Assembly: GCA_964636295.1 (NCBI GenBank)
Contig: CAZWQY010000005.1
Location: 47,496 to 111,495 of the forward strand
Direction: 5' to 3'
Source: an uncultured Lentisphaeraceae bacterium
GTDB taxonomy: Bacteria; Verrucomicrobiota; Kiritimatiellia; RFP12; UBA1067
DNA: 64,000 nt
Below the pieces are notes generated by a model. It did not search any database and was not told the origin of the DNA. It worked only from the letters and a program-made list of their open reading frames with translations. This document shows positions 18,648-27,002 of the stretch, piece after piece. Made by a program: the position numbers and the translations under genes. The stretch's first letter is position 1. Every line of letters begins with the position of its first letter.

Positions 18648-18917
18648 ATGGCAAATCTCACTATTTCCATGCCGGCAGCTGACAAGGCCGCCATTTCCGC
18701 TTTCTGCGATGCGACGGGCTTCACCATTTCCTCGCTCTTCAACGTCTTCACGAAGGCCGTCTTGCGCGAACGCCGCCTTCCCTTTCAAATCATCCTGCCG
18801 GAAGTTCCGAATGCCGAGACCCGTGCCGCGATGGAAGAAGGCGACCGCATCTCCCATGATCCAACTGCGAAGGGGTATACCGACCTGAATGAATTCTGGA
18901 AGGATCTCGACAAATGA
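18648..18917 (+). CDS. RelB/DinJ-family antitoxin
   Basis: MANLTISM...LFNVFTKAVLRERRLPF...PNAETRAAMEE...GYTDLNEFWKDL. Overlaps the toxin start (ATGA). Confidence 0.85.
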   Translation: MANLTISMPAADKAAISAFCDATGFTISSLFNVFTKAVLRERRLPFQIILPEVPNAETRAAMEEGDRISHDPTAKGYTDLNEFWKDLDK

Positions 18918-19192
18918 AATACACGGTTAAGAATACTTCTACATTCAAGAAGGACTACAAGCGCGCCAAAAAGCGAGGTCTTGATCTCGAAAAACTTCGA
19001 CGCACCGTTGAACTTCTCGCGGACGGCAAGCCTCTCCCCGCGTCCCTGCGCGACCACGCTCTGACGGGCAATTGGGCACAGCATCGCGAATGTCATCTTG
19101 CACCTGACTGGCTTCTCATCTACCAGATTTACGAAAACGTCCTTGTCCTTGAATTGACGCGCACAGGTTCACACGCCGACCTTCTCGAATAA
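18914..19192 (+). CDS. YafQ-family (RelE superfamily) mRNA interferase toxin
   Basis: FKKDYKRAKKRG, DHALTGNW, RECHLAPDWLLIY, RTGSHADL. Confidence 0.9.
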   Translation: MKYTVKNTSTFKKDYKRAKKRGLDLEKLRRTVELLADGKPLPASLRDHALTGNWAQHRECHLAPDWLLIYQIYENVLVLELTRTGSHADLLE

Positions 19193-19197
19193 ATTGA

Positions 19198-20424
19198 TTA
19201 GACCCTTAGAGCATCATGCAATTCATGCAGGATGGACTTGGCTGTTCCAATGCCGTACCGATCCGCGACAGTCAACAGGTCTGCATCAGAAATGTTTTTC
19301 TGCTTCCCATTGACGGACAATTGGTGAACCCCGGCCTGCGCACTCCACGGATCTTCACTCGGAAAATCAGACCCCATTAAGTCGTAGGCGGGTGCAAGTT
19401 CCCACATTTCGCTTTCTACCGTATCATTTCCTTTATTGGCCAAAGAACGAAGGCGGAACGAGAAGTTCTTCGTGTGATCGTCAAACTCACCCGTCAGGAT
19501 ATTGAACGCCATACGGCGAAACAGTTGCTCCTGCGCCTCATATCCAAGACCCAGTTCGTCGGCTACCGTGAACAGTTGTTCGTAACGCCTGTATTCCTGC
19601 GGCGTCTCAGCCGGTAAATGAGCCATCGCCGACAGCGTCGCCAAATGGTGGCGGACACCTCCCTCTCGATCAAACCGCTTCGTCATAAAGTGCTTGAGTC
19701 CATCGAGTTCATAAAGACACGATTCGCTCATCTCAATGCCAGATGCCAACGCTTGACAATAATGAGCATATTCAGTTTCTCCGCGCCATGGATATTCCTT
19801 CCGCGTAAACTTGATGATCCAATGCTCGTAGCCTTCTGGCAACTCACAATCTCCTAAGAGGAACGTATTTTCAATTCGATTCCAGCCAATGACCGCTTTT
19901 GCCTGCGCACCACCAGCGGACGATCCGAGGCGGATGATTTCACGCAAAGCATCCTCGCCATGCACCGTCGCCAATTCGCCGTTTAAGACCCGACGAGCGG
20001 ACTCGACAAGTTTGCGCATATCTACAACTGTCGGATATCCGCCTGGACTACGATCAGGTTCGTAAGTCAAGGCTCCTAACGTCCGCTTTCCCAAATACGC
20101 CAATCGGTCAAGCGGCGTAATTTCATCTCGTCTCAATCCATGCTCAATGAGCCAATGGTCTATTAATCCCGTGCCAAATGTATCTGGAAGCGAATCCGCA
20201 AAAATCGGCGGCAACCCATTATAAGCCGCATATGGCAAATCACCAAAGACATACGGTTCGGAGCGAAGCGGCATCATCAGCGGCGCAATCTCAATGCCAG
20301 ACCTGAGAAACGCCTTGTCGTAGCGAAAGGCATAAACGCCCCGCCGAGGAGATTCGACAAGCGTCCCCACGCGCCATCCCCACAGCGAGACATTAAGACG
20401 CGCAACATGTCGAAACACCGTCAT
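19198..20424 (-). CDS. HipA-family toxin kinase with N-terminal couple domain
   Basis: FADSLPD.FG, LAYLGKRTLGAL, SSAGGAQAKA, WIIKF, TKRFDR, DDHTKNFSF, APAYDL. More AT-rich than the flanks. Confidence 0.9.
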   Translation of the reverse strand: MTVFRHVARLNVSLWGWRVGTLVESPRRGVYAFRYDKAFLRSGIEIAPLMMPLRSEPYVFGDLPYAAYNGLPPIFADSLPDTFGTGLIDHWLIEHGLRRDEITPLDRLAYLGKRTLGALTYEPDRSPGGYPTVVDMRKLVESARRVLNGELATVHGEDALREIIRLGSSAGGAQAKAVIGWNRIENTFLLGDCELPEGYEHWIIKFTRKEYPWRGETEYAHYCQALASGIEMSESCLYELDGLKHFMTKRFDREGGVRHHLATLSAMAHLPAETPQEYRRYEQLFTVADELGLGYEAQEQLFRRMAFNILTGEFDDHTKNFSFRLRSLANKGNDTVESEMWELAPAYDLMGSDFPSEDPWSAQAGVHQLSVNGKQKNISDADLLTVADRYGIGTAKSILHELHDALRV

Positions 20425-20759
20425 ACTCTTTCCGCTCCCTTCGGCTGCCGCACCAGTGCCAGATGACGCCTCTGCGGCGAGGCTCGCTGGCGTTTCTTCG
20501 GTTCAACGCGATCAAACAAGGCATCGTCTATTTCCGGCGGAGCAATTCCCAAAATCCAGTCTGTTCGGCGAAGTGATCGGCAGACCTCGAGAAGCGTGAC
20601 CGTCGAGGCGTTTTTTCCTCCTTCAAGATTTCGAAGCGCCGTCAGGGAAATCCCGCTGCGCGCCGCCAAGGTTTCCAACGACAAGTTTGCCGCCAACCGT
20701 GCCGCACGTACGCTTTCACCCAAAGCCGCCAACATTTCGCTCCGTGTCTGATAAATCAT
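20421..20759 (-). CDS. HTH (XRE/HipB-like) antitoxin
   Basis: LGESVRAARLAANLSLETLAARSGISLTALRNLEGG. Stop overlaps the hipA-type start. TGCTATAAT at 20791-20799. Confidence 0.82.
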   Translation of the reverse strand: MIYQTRSEMLAALGESVRAARLAANLSLETLAARSGISLTALRNLEGGKNASTVTLLEVCRSLRRTDWILGIAPPEIDDALFDRVEPKKRQRASPQRRHLALVRQPKGAERV

Positions 20760-20892
20760 AACAGCCTTTATAAAAACAGTAATTTCCAATATTATAGCAT
20801 AACTGTTTTCTTAAAAGCAATCATCTATCTGATATTTTCCATGAACTCAGAATAAATGAATCCTTTTTATTTCCCTGTACGCGCCGCACACC

Positions 20893-20947
20893 TTTAACGC
20901 GATTTTCATCGGGCGCTGATTTGGCTCTAACAGGAAAAGCGCATACT
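20893..20947 (+). promoter_or_regulatory. Pho-box-like promoter 3 (pstB, leaderless)
   Basis: TTTAAC 20893, TTTCAT 20904, GCTGAT 20915, TCTAAC 20926 (11-bp period), a 10-nt spacer, CATACT 20942, ATG 8 nt later. Confidence 0.75.
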
Positions 20948-20955
20948 GTGCGGCG

Positions 20956-21717
20956 ATGAACCGGAACTACAAGATTGTCACGCGAAACCTGAATTTCTTC
21001 TACGGCGAGCATCAGGCGCTGTTCGACAATGGTCTCGCCATCGAGGCCAACAAGATTACGGCCGTCATCGGCCCTTCCGGATGCGGCAAGTCAACCCATC
21101 TGCGCATCTACAACCGCATCTACGAACTCCATCGCGGCCAGCGCGCAACAGGCGAAGTCTTGCTCGACGGACAGAACATCCTCGCACCCGACGTCGATCT
21201 TCTCGACTTGCGCCGCCGCGTCGGCATGATCTTCCAGAAGCCGACGCCCTTTCCGATGAGCGTCTTCGACAATGTCGCCTATCCGCTCCGCCTCCACTTC
21301 AAGATGAGCCGAACCGAACTCGCACACCGTGTCGAGGAAGCGCTTAAAGGCGCGGCACTCTGGGACGAGGTCAAGGACAAGCTCAACGAACCCGGCACGG
21401 CCCTTTCGGGCGGACAGCAACAACGCCTCTGCATCGCCCGCGCAATCGCAGCCGAACCCGAAGTCTTGCTGATGGACGAACCCACGAGCGCAATCGATCC
21501 CGTCGGCACGCTGAAAATCGAAGAACTGATGGCGCGTCTCCGCACACGCTTCACGATTGTCATCGTCACGCACAACATGCAACAGGCCTCGCGCATCTCC
21601 GACGTGACGGCATTTTTCTACAAGGGCCACATCGTCGAGGTCGGCCCGACAAAGGAAATCTTCACCCACCCCAAAAACAAGCAAACGGAAGACTACGTCT
21701 CCGGGAGATTCGGCTGA
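20956..21717 (+). CDS. pstB: Phosphate ABC transporter ATP-binding protein
   Basis: [62 protein letters not shown]. Confidence 0.95.
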   Translation: MNRNYKIVTRNLNFFYGEHQALFDNGLAIEANKITAVIGPSGCGKSTHLRIYNRIYELHRGQRATGEVLLDGQNILAPDVDLLDLRRRVGMIFQKPTPFPMSVFDNVAYPLRLHFKMSRTELAHRVEEALKGAALWDEVKDKLNEPGTALSGGQQQRLCIARAIAAEPEVLLMDEPTSAIDPVGTLKIEELMARLRTRFTIVIVTHNMQQASRISDVTAFFYKGHIVEVGPTKEIFTHPKNKQTEDYVSGRFG

Positions 21718-21718
21718 C

Positions 21719-22087
21719 ATGACAATGAAAATTCATTTTGAGGAGGCCCTCGCGGCCGTCGAGAAAGACCTTCACGAAAACGCGGAACGCGCCGAAACGG
21801 CCGTTCGGACAGCCCTGCGTGCCCTCGCGAACGAAGACGCGGCACTCGCCGATTCCGTCATCGAAGGAGACACGGCAATCGATCTCGCCGAAAACGCGAT
21901 CGAGGAAAAGTGCCTCGACATCTTCGCGCTCTATCAGCCCGTGGCGACTGATCTCCGCCGCATCGTCACAATTCTCAAGACGAACGGACAGATCGAACGT
22001 CTTGGCGACCTTGCGACGAACATCGCCGAAGACGTCATTTACCTGAAACGCGCGTCAATCGTCCGCCATGACGTCCTGAAAAAGTAA
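21719..22087 (+). CDS. phoU: PhoU-like protein, single repeat (122 aa)
   Basis: D.AID..E..IEEKC, QPVATDLRRI, IERLGDLATNIAEDVIYL. About half the usual length. Confidence 0.8.
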   Translation: MTMKIHFEEALAAVEKDLHENAERAETAVRTALRALANEDAALADSVIEGDTAIDLAENAIEEKCLDIFALYQPVATDLRRIVTILKTNGQIERLGDLATNIAEDVIYLKRASIVRHDVLKK

Positions 22088-22108
22088 CGCGCGACCTGCG
22101 CGGAACAA

Positions 22109-22777
22109 TCAGTAGTTCCGCGCGAGAATTTCAGACGGAAGAAGGTAGTCTTCGCCGTTCTTGTGCGAAAGGCCACGCTTCTTGAGTTCCTCGATCACCA
22201 CGCCCGAAACAATGTTCGCGTTGTCCGCAAACAGCTTTTCGAGCAAGGCTCGCCGCCGCGCCAGTTCGCCGTTCGCCTCATTCGCAACGAGGACGCTCTC
22301 AAGAACCTGCGCACGACGAAAGCGTCCGTTCTTCTCGGCCGCGTCACGCCCTTCGCGCAGAACCTCAAGGACGTGATCGCGCGTCTCTCCCTCAAAGCGG
22401 TCGTCCAGTTCCGCATTGCGGTCAATGAGCGCGATTTTATTGGACGCTTCGCCTTCCGCATTCTTCGCCAGAAGTTCGCCGACCTTCGCAAGTTCGTCGC
22501 CCGCGTCCTGAAACTTCTTCCGCAGCACCGCAACTTCATTCTGCAACGCGACATTGGCGGCACGAAGGGACGCGATTTCCTTTTCAAGTTCATCCTTGGC
22601 CTGGCGCAAAGACGAAATCATCTCGTCCTGCTCGGCCTTGTCCGCCGCCAACGACTCGACGACGGCCTTCTGGACATCGATCTCCTCAGGCTCTTCGAAC
22701 ACGGCCGCCTCTTCGACCTTTTCCTCTTCTTCGGAGTGGGTCGGTCGATTCAGAAACTCACTGATGTCCATTGACAT
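22109..22777 (-). CDS. Hypothetical acidic coiled-coil protein
   Basis: Start MSMDISEF after SD GAAGGGAG, overlapping the methylase 3' end. E/K/L heptad-rich. The ORF-track extension to 23149 overlaps the methylase and is not used. Confidence 0.75.
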   Translation of the reverse strand: MSMDISEFLNRPTHSEEEEKVEEAAVFEEPEEIDVQKAVVESLAADKAEQDEMISSLRQAKDELEKEIASLRAANVALQNEVAVLRKKFQDAGDELAKVGELLAKNAEGEASNKIALIDRNAELDDRFEGETRDHVLEVLREGRDAAEKNGRFRRAQVLESVLVANEANGELARRRALLEKLFADNANIVSGVVIEELKKRGLSHKNGEDYLLPSEILARNY

Positions 22778-23999
22778 GCTCTCCCTTCCGTTCACACCCT
22801 TCGTAGATGAAGAGGCGACAGTCAATCGGCCCGTTGAAGAACGGAACGCGCGTGCGGTAATAGAGGTTGACGAGATGCGAAAGCTCCGGATTGCCCGTGA
22901 TGAGTCCGCCCGTGTAGCCACGGCACTTTTCACACATGAACGTGCCGATGCGCTCGTAGACGGGCGCGAGTTCCTTCGGATCGCCAAGACGAATGCCGTA
23001 TTCGGGATTGAAGAAGATGCAGCCCTTCTGCTCTGGAACGGGCGTCTCGGCAAAGTCACACGCCTTGAACGTGATGTAGGGCGCGACACCGGCCGCAATC
23101 GCGTTCGAGTGCGCGTTCTCGACCGCCTCTGGCGAAATGTCCGTCGCAATGACCTGCGGCAATCCGTTCGTCCGTTCCTTCGCCTTGGCGTCGAGAATCA
23201 TCTCCTTCCAGATCTGCTCCGGCGTCGCGCCCATGCGCTGGCGCGGCGCGACGACAGGCGCCGTTTCACCGGGAATGATGCGCGTGTAGCCCTTGATCGA
23301 CTGAAAGGCGAAGTGCCCCTTCAAGGCGCCAGGCGCCTTGTTCATCGCCATCATGACGGCTTCAATGGCGGGCGTGCCGCTCCCGCACATCGGCGAAAGA
23401 AACGGCGTCTGCCCCTTCCAGCCGAGCGCCATGACGCACGCGGCAGCCAATGTTTCCTGCATCGGGGCGGAACCCGGAATCTTGCGGTAGCCACGCTTCG
23501 AAAGCGGCTCGCCCGACGTGTCGAGATAGATGATGGCCTCGTCGTCCTCCCAGTAGACGAAGACGGCAGCACCAATGTTCTCGCCGCCCGAATCGGGACG
23601 ACGCTGGCACTTCTCGCGCATGCGATCGACAATCGCGTCCTTCGTGTAGAGCGAAGGAATGCGCGTGTCGCGAATCGTGAAGTTGTGCACGATCGACGAG
23701 ACGGAAAAATAGCCGTCCGCCTCCAGCAGGTTCTCCCAGTCAATGGACGACACCGCCTGATAGAGATCCTTGATGTTTCGGCACGTCGTCCGAAGAAGCG
23801 GCACGAGCACGCGATGCGCCGTCCGCAGCCAGAGGTTGAGGCGCATGACGTCACGCATCGCGCCGCGCACGACAACCGTGTTCTCCGTCACCTCAATGGG
23901 CTTGTAGCCCATGTCCCGAACCTCGATCTCCGTCCAGCACGAAAGCCCCTTCGCGCACGAGATGATGATCGGATAGTCCTTGTCCGTCCAGATTTTCAT
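22758..23999 (-). CDS. THUMP-domain class I SAM-dependent RNA methyltransferase (RlmL/YpsC-like)
   Basis: NLWLRTAHRVL, KDAIVDR, LDTSGEPLSKRGYR, APMQETLAAA, SPMCGSGT, NPEYG.RLG. Confidence 0.88.
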   Translation of the reverse strand: MKIWTDKDYPIIISCAKGLSCWTEIEVRDMGYKPIEVTENTVVVRGAMRDVMRLNLWLRTAHRVLVPLLRTTCRNIKDLYQAVSSIDWENLLEADGYFSVSSIVHNFTIRDTRIPSLYTKDAIVDRMREKCQRRPDSGGENIGAAVFVYWEDDEAIIYLDTSGEPLSKRGYRKIPGSAPMQETLAAACVMALGWKGQTPFLSPMCGSGTPAIEAVMMAMNKAPGALKGHFAFQSIKGYTRIIPGETAPVVAPRQRMGATPEQIWKEMILDAKAKERTNGLPQVIATDISPEAVENAHSNAIAAGVAPYITFKACDFAETPVPEQKGCIFFNPEYGIRLGDPKELAPVYERIGTFMCEKCRGYTGGLITGNPELSHLVNLYYRTRVPFFNGPIDCRLFIYEGCERKGEHVNGHQ

Positions 24000-24075
24000 G
24001 TTGGCTTACCTTTTGACCTTGAAGACATTCAACTGCGGGGCGCGGCGAATTGCGCCGCGTCCCGTTCTCGGCTCC

Positions 24076-25170
24076 TCAGTTGATCCGAAGCGGCATCAGC
24101 ACGTAGAGGAACGGAATCGAGCACTTGATCACGGCCGGCGAATGTCCGTCCGTCAAGTTCATGGTCACCTCATCGTCGTCAATCGACTTGAGGCAGTCCA
24201 TCACGTAGGACGGGTTGAACAGAATCTCGATCTTCTCGCCGGCGTACTTGATCGGCACTTCGTCCTTCGCCTCGCCGATGTCGGACGCGGCCGACGTGAC
24301 GGTGAGCTTTCCTTCCGAGAAGATGAGCTTCGTCGAATGCGCCTCGTCCATCGTCATGACGCTCGCGCGATCCAGCGCATCCAGCAACAGCTGGCGATCG
24401 ACCTCGATGCGCTCCTTCGGCTCGACGGGAATGACCTGACGGTAGTTCGGGTAGGCGTCGTCCATCAGCTTCGAGTAGATCAGCACGCTTTCGAGCTTGA
24501 AGCAGATCTGCGACTTCTGAACCATCATCGAGAGGTCGCCCTCGCCGTTCAGCGAACGCTGAAGTTCGCCCACGGCCTTCGACGGCAGGATGATGTCCTT
24601 CTCCGCGTCCTTCGGAAACTCGATCTCCTGCTCGACGAGAGCCAGACGGCGACCGTCCGTCGCGACCATCGTCAGCTTCGAGTCCTTGAAGCTCAGGAGA
24701 ACACCCTTGAGCGTCCGGCGCGTGTCGTCCTGGCTCGCCGCGTAGGAGACCTTGCGCAGCATGTCGCGGAACGTCGCCTGCTGAATCGTGTAGACGAACG
24801 CCTCCTCGTCCTGCGGCAGCTTCGGAAACTCGGATTCGGGAAGGCCCGCGACCTTGAACTTCGCATGCCCCGCGCAGATCGTCGCGCGATCCTTCGCGTC
24901 CGTCTCGAACTCGACCTCGCCCTCGGCCACTTTCGAGATCGCGTTGAAGAGAAGCTTCACGGGAATCGTCGTGCTGCCTTCCTCAAGAGCCTCGCACGGA
25001 CAGACGGCCTTGATCGAGATGTCGAGGTCGGTTGTCGTCATGACGAGTTCCTGACCCTTGACTTCCAGGAGAACGTTCTGGAGAATCGCGAGCGAAGCCT
25101 TTCCGCCAACGATGTTCTGGACGGACTTCAGCCCTTCGAGGAACTTGGAGCGAACGATCTTGAATTTCAT
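24076..25170 (-). CDS. dnaN: DNA polymerase III beta sliding clamp
   Basis: MKFKIVR, ILQNVLL, TTDLDISI, TRRTLKGV, VATDGRRLA, YPNYRQVIP, FNPSYVMD, YVLMPLR. Start at ATG 25170. Confidence 0.97.
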   Translation of the reverse strand: MKFKIVRSKFLEGLKSVQNIVGGKASLAILQNVLLEVKGQELVMTTTDLDISIKAVCPCEALEEGSTTIPVKLLFNAISKVAEGEVEFETDAKDRATICAGHAKFKVAGLPESEFPKLPQDEEAFVYTIQQATFRDMLRKVSYAASQDDTRRTLKGVLLSFKDSKLTMVATDGRRLALVEQEIEFPKDAEKDIILPSKAVGELQRSLNGEGDLSMMVQKSQICFKLESVLIYSKLMDDAYPNYRQVIPVEPKERIEVDRQLLLDALDRASVMTMDEAHSTKLIFSEGKLTVTSAASDIGEAKDEVPIKYAGEKIEILFNPSYVMDCLKSIDDDEVTMNLTDGHSPAVIKCSIPFLYVLMPLRIN

Positions 25171-25200
25171 TGTCTTTTCCTTCTGATGCGTCGTGTCGTT

Positions 25201-25437
25201 GAATTGTATCAAATACTACTAATTAAAGATAGAGTGATTTTTATTAGTATTAGGTTTGTTAATTGTGTTGACAAGTCGCGCACACCCCTTTAAAAACAGG
25301 CGGAACATCGCCTTCGCCCTGTTGACGGCACATTCGACATCCTAATGACGGACGTTGACGAATCGTCGTGCGCTGTTCATTCCTGTTCATAACTTGCCAA
25401 GTTGTCTTCACCCTGTTGTCAGTTCGTCTGCCAGTTG
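25201..25437. other. Candidate oriC unwinding region between dnaA and dnaN
   Basis: AT-rich 25201-25265. On the minus strand, box TTGTCAACA (25266-25274) is followed by trio-like TAATACTAATAA (25241-25252). Further box-like 9-mers at 25320 (CCGTCAACA), 25374 (GAATGAACA) and 25384 (TTATGAACA). Confidence 0.7.
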
Positions 25438-26856
25438 TCAATCGAGGTTGTCCTTGAGCGAACAGCCGAATTCGGCCAGAACTTCCTTGAGTATCGACTT
25501 GAGATCTGGTTCGACGTCGAGCCGTTTTTCGATGTTCTTGACGCCATGGAGAATCGTCGCGTGCGTCTTGCCGAAGGAACTGGCGATTTCCGGAAGGCTT
25601 CGCGTCGTGTACTTGCGTGAGATGTACATGGCCATCTGGCGCGGCGTGACGAGGGACTGCGTTCGCTCGGCGGAGAGAATCTGGTCGATCGAGACGTCGA
25701 ACCGCTTTGCGACGGACTGCTGAATCTCTTCGACGGTCAGCTTGCGCAGGGACTTCTCCTTCTCGATGTAGTCGCGCAGCATATGTGTCAGCACGTCGTT
25801 CGTGAGCGTCGTCGTCGATTCGACCATGCGGAAGATGCGGACGCGGTTCAAGGCCCCTTCCATCGCACGCACATGGCTCTTGATCGTGTCGGCGATGAAT
25901 TCGAGCGCGCTGTCGGGAATGGACGGCACCATCGTCTCTGACTTCTTCTTCAGAATCGCGAGGCGCGTCTCGTAGTTGGGCGACTCGATTTCCTGCACCA
26001 TGCCGCCCTCGAAGCGCGAGATGAGGCGCGTCTCGATGGACGGCAGATTCTTCGGCGCGACGTCGGATGTCATGACAATCTGGCGTTGCGCTTGCTGAAG
26101 GGCGTTGAAGGTGTTGAAGAACTCTTCCTGAAACTGCTTGCCCTTCTGAAGGAACTGCACGTCATCGACCATCAGGAGATCCATCTGTCGATAACGCTTG
26201 CGGAAACTCTCGAGGTTGTTGTTTTGAAGGGCGTTCACGTATTCGTTCAGGAACGTCTCGGCCGTGAGGTAGCAGATGTTCAGCGCGGGATTCTTCTTCT
26301 TGAGCGCATTGCCGATCGCCTGCATGAGGTGCGTCTTGCCAAGGCCCGTGCCGCCGTGGATGAAAAGCGGATTGTAGCCACTCTTGCCGGGCGTCGCGAC
26401 GACGCCTTGTGCGGCGGCAAGCGCCCAGCTGTTCGACTTGCCGCTCACGAAATTTTCGAACGTGTACTCCTCGTTCAGCGGCATGGTCGAGGCAAGCGTC
26501 GAGGCCCTGGCCGATGTGCGCGGCGGATTCGGCGGCGGAGCGGGAATTTCCACTGGAACGACGACCGGCGGCTTGGCCCGTTCGCTTGTGCGAAACTCAA
26601 TGTCGATCGATCCTTCCGACGAAACGAGCTCAAGGCACTTCTTCAGCTTGTCCGAATACTTGTCGCGCAGGAAGTCTGCCGTGTAGGCATTCGTGAGAAA
26701 AATGACGAAGCGACCGTTTTCGCGCGTGACGGACGTGATCGTCGAGAAATAGCGCTCGACCTGACCGCGTTCTTCGGCGGACGACAGTGTGGAAAGGTAG
26801 ATTTGCATCGCCCTTTCCCACGTTTCCTTTGATTTGATGTCGATGGTTTCGCTCAT
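25438..26856 (-). CDS. dnaA: Chromosomal replication initiator DnaA
   Basis: YTFENFVSG.SN, YNPLFIHGGTGLGKTHL, LMVDDVQFL, EEFFNTFN, RLISRF, VRAMEGAL, PRQMAMY. Start at ATG 26856. Confidence 0.98.
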   Translation of the reverse strand: MSETIDIKSKETWERAMQIYLSTLSSAEERGQVERYFSTITSVTRENGRFVIFLTNAYTADFLRDKYSDKLKKCLELVSSEGSIDIEFRTSERAKPPVVVPVEIPAPPPNPPRTSARASTLASTMPLNEEYTFENFVSGKSNSWALAAAQGVVATPGKSGYNPLFIHGGTGLGKTHLMQAIGNALKKKNPALNICYLTAETFLNEYVNALQNNNLESFRKRYRQMDLLMVDDVQFLQKGKQFQEEFFNTFNALQQAQRQIVMTSDVAPKNLPSIETRLISRFEGGMVQEIESPNYETRLAILKKKSETMVPSIPDSALEFIADTIKSHVRAMEGALNRVRIFRMVESTTTLTNDVLTHMLRDYIEKEKSLRKLTVEEIQQSVAKRFDVSIDQILSAERTQSLVTPRQMAMYISRKYTTRSLPEIASSFGKTHATILHGVKNIEKRLDVEPDLKSILKEVLAEFGCSLKDNLD

Positions 26857-26883
26857 TTTTCTCTGACACTCGTGAATCCTAAC

Positions 26884-26979
26884 ATAATACCATAAATTTG
26901 ACGCACGTGGCAAAAGGAGAAATCAACGCCTGTCTTCAAGTTATCAACATGAGATGTTTATAACTTGAGAGTATCCACG
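26884..26979 (-). promoter_or_regulatory. dnaA promoter with upstream DnaA-box-like sites
   Basis: TTGCCA-18 bp-TATTAT with extended TGG. TTATCAACA at 26941, inverted TTATAAACA at 26955-26963, GTATCCACG at 26971. Confidence 0.6.
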
Positions 26980-27001
26980 AATGAACACGAATTTCATGAA
27001 T
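26976..27001. repeat. Short CACGAAT tandem repeat right after the mnmG stop
   Basis: CACGAAT 26976 and 26986, CATGAAT 26995. Same motif family as 401-421. Confidence 0.55.
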
Positions 27002-27002
27002 T

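Noticed and set aside
22778-23149. Upstream extension of ORF 22109..23149
   Set aside because: It overlaps the methylase gene in another frame, and a good SD supports the start at 22777.
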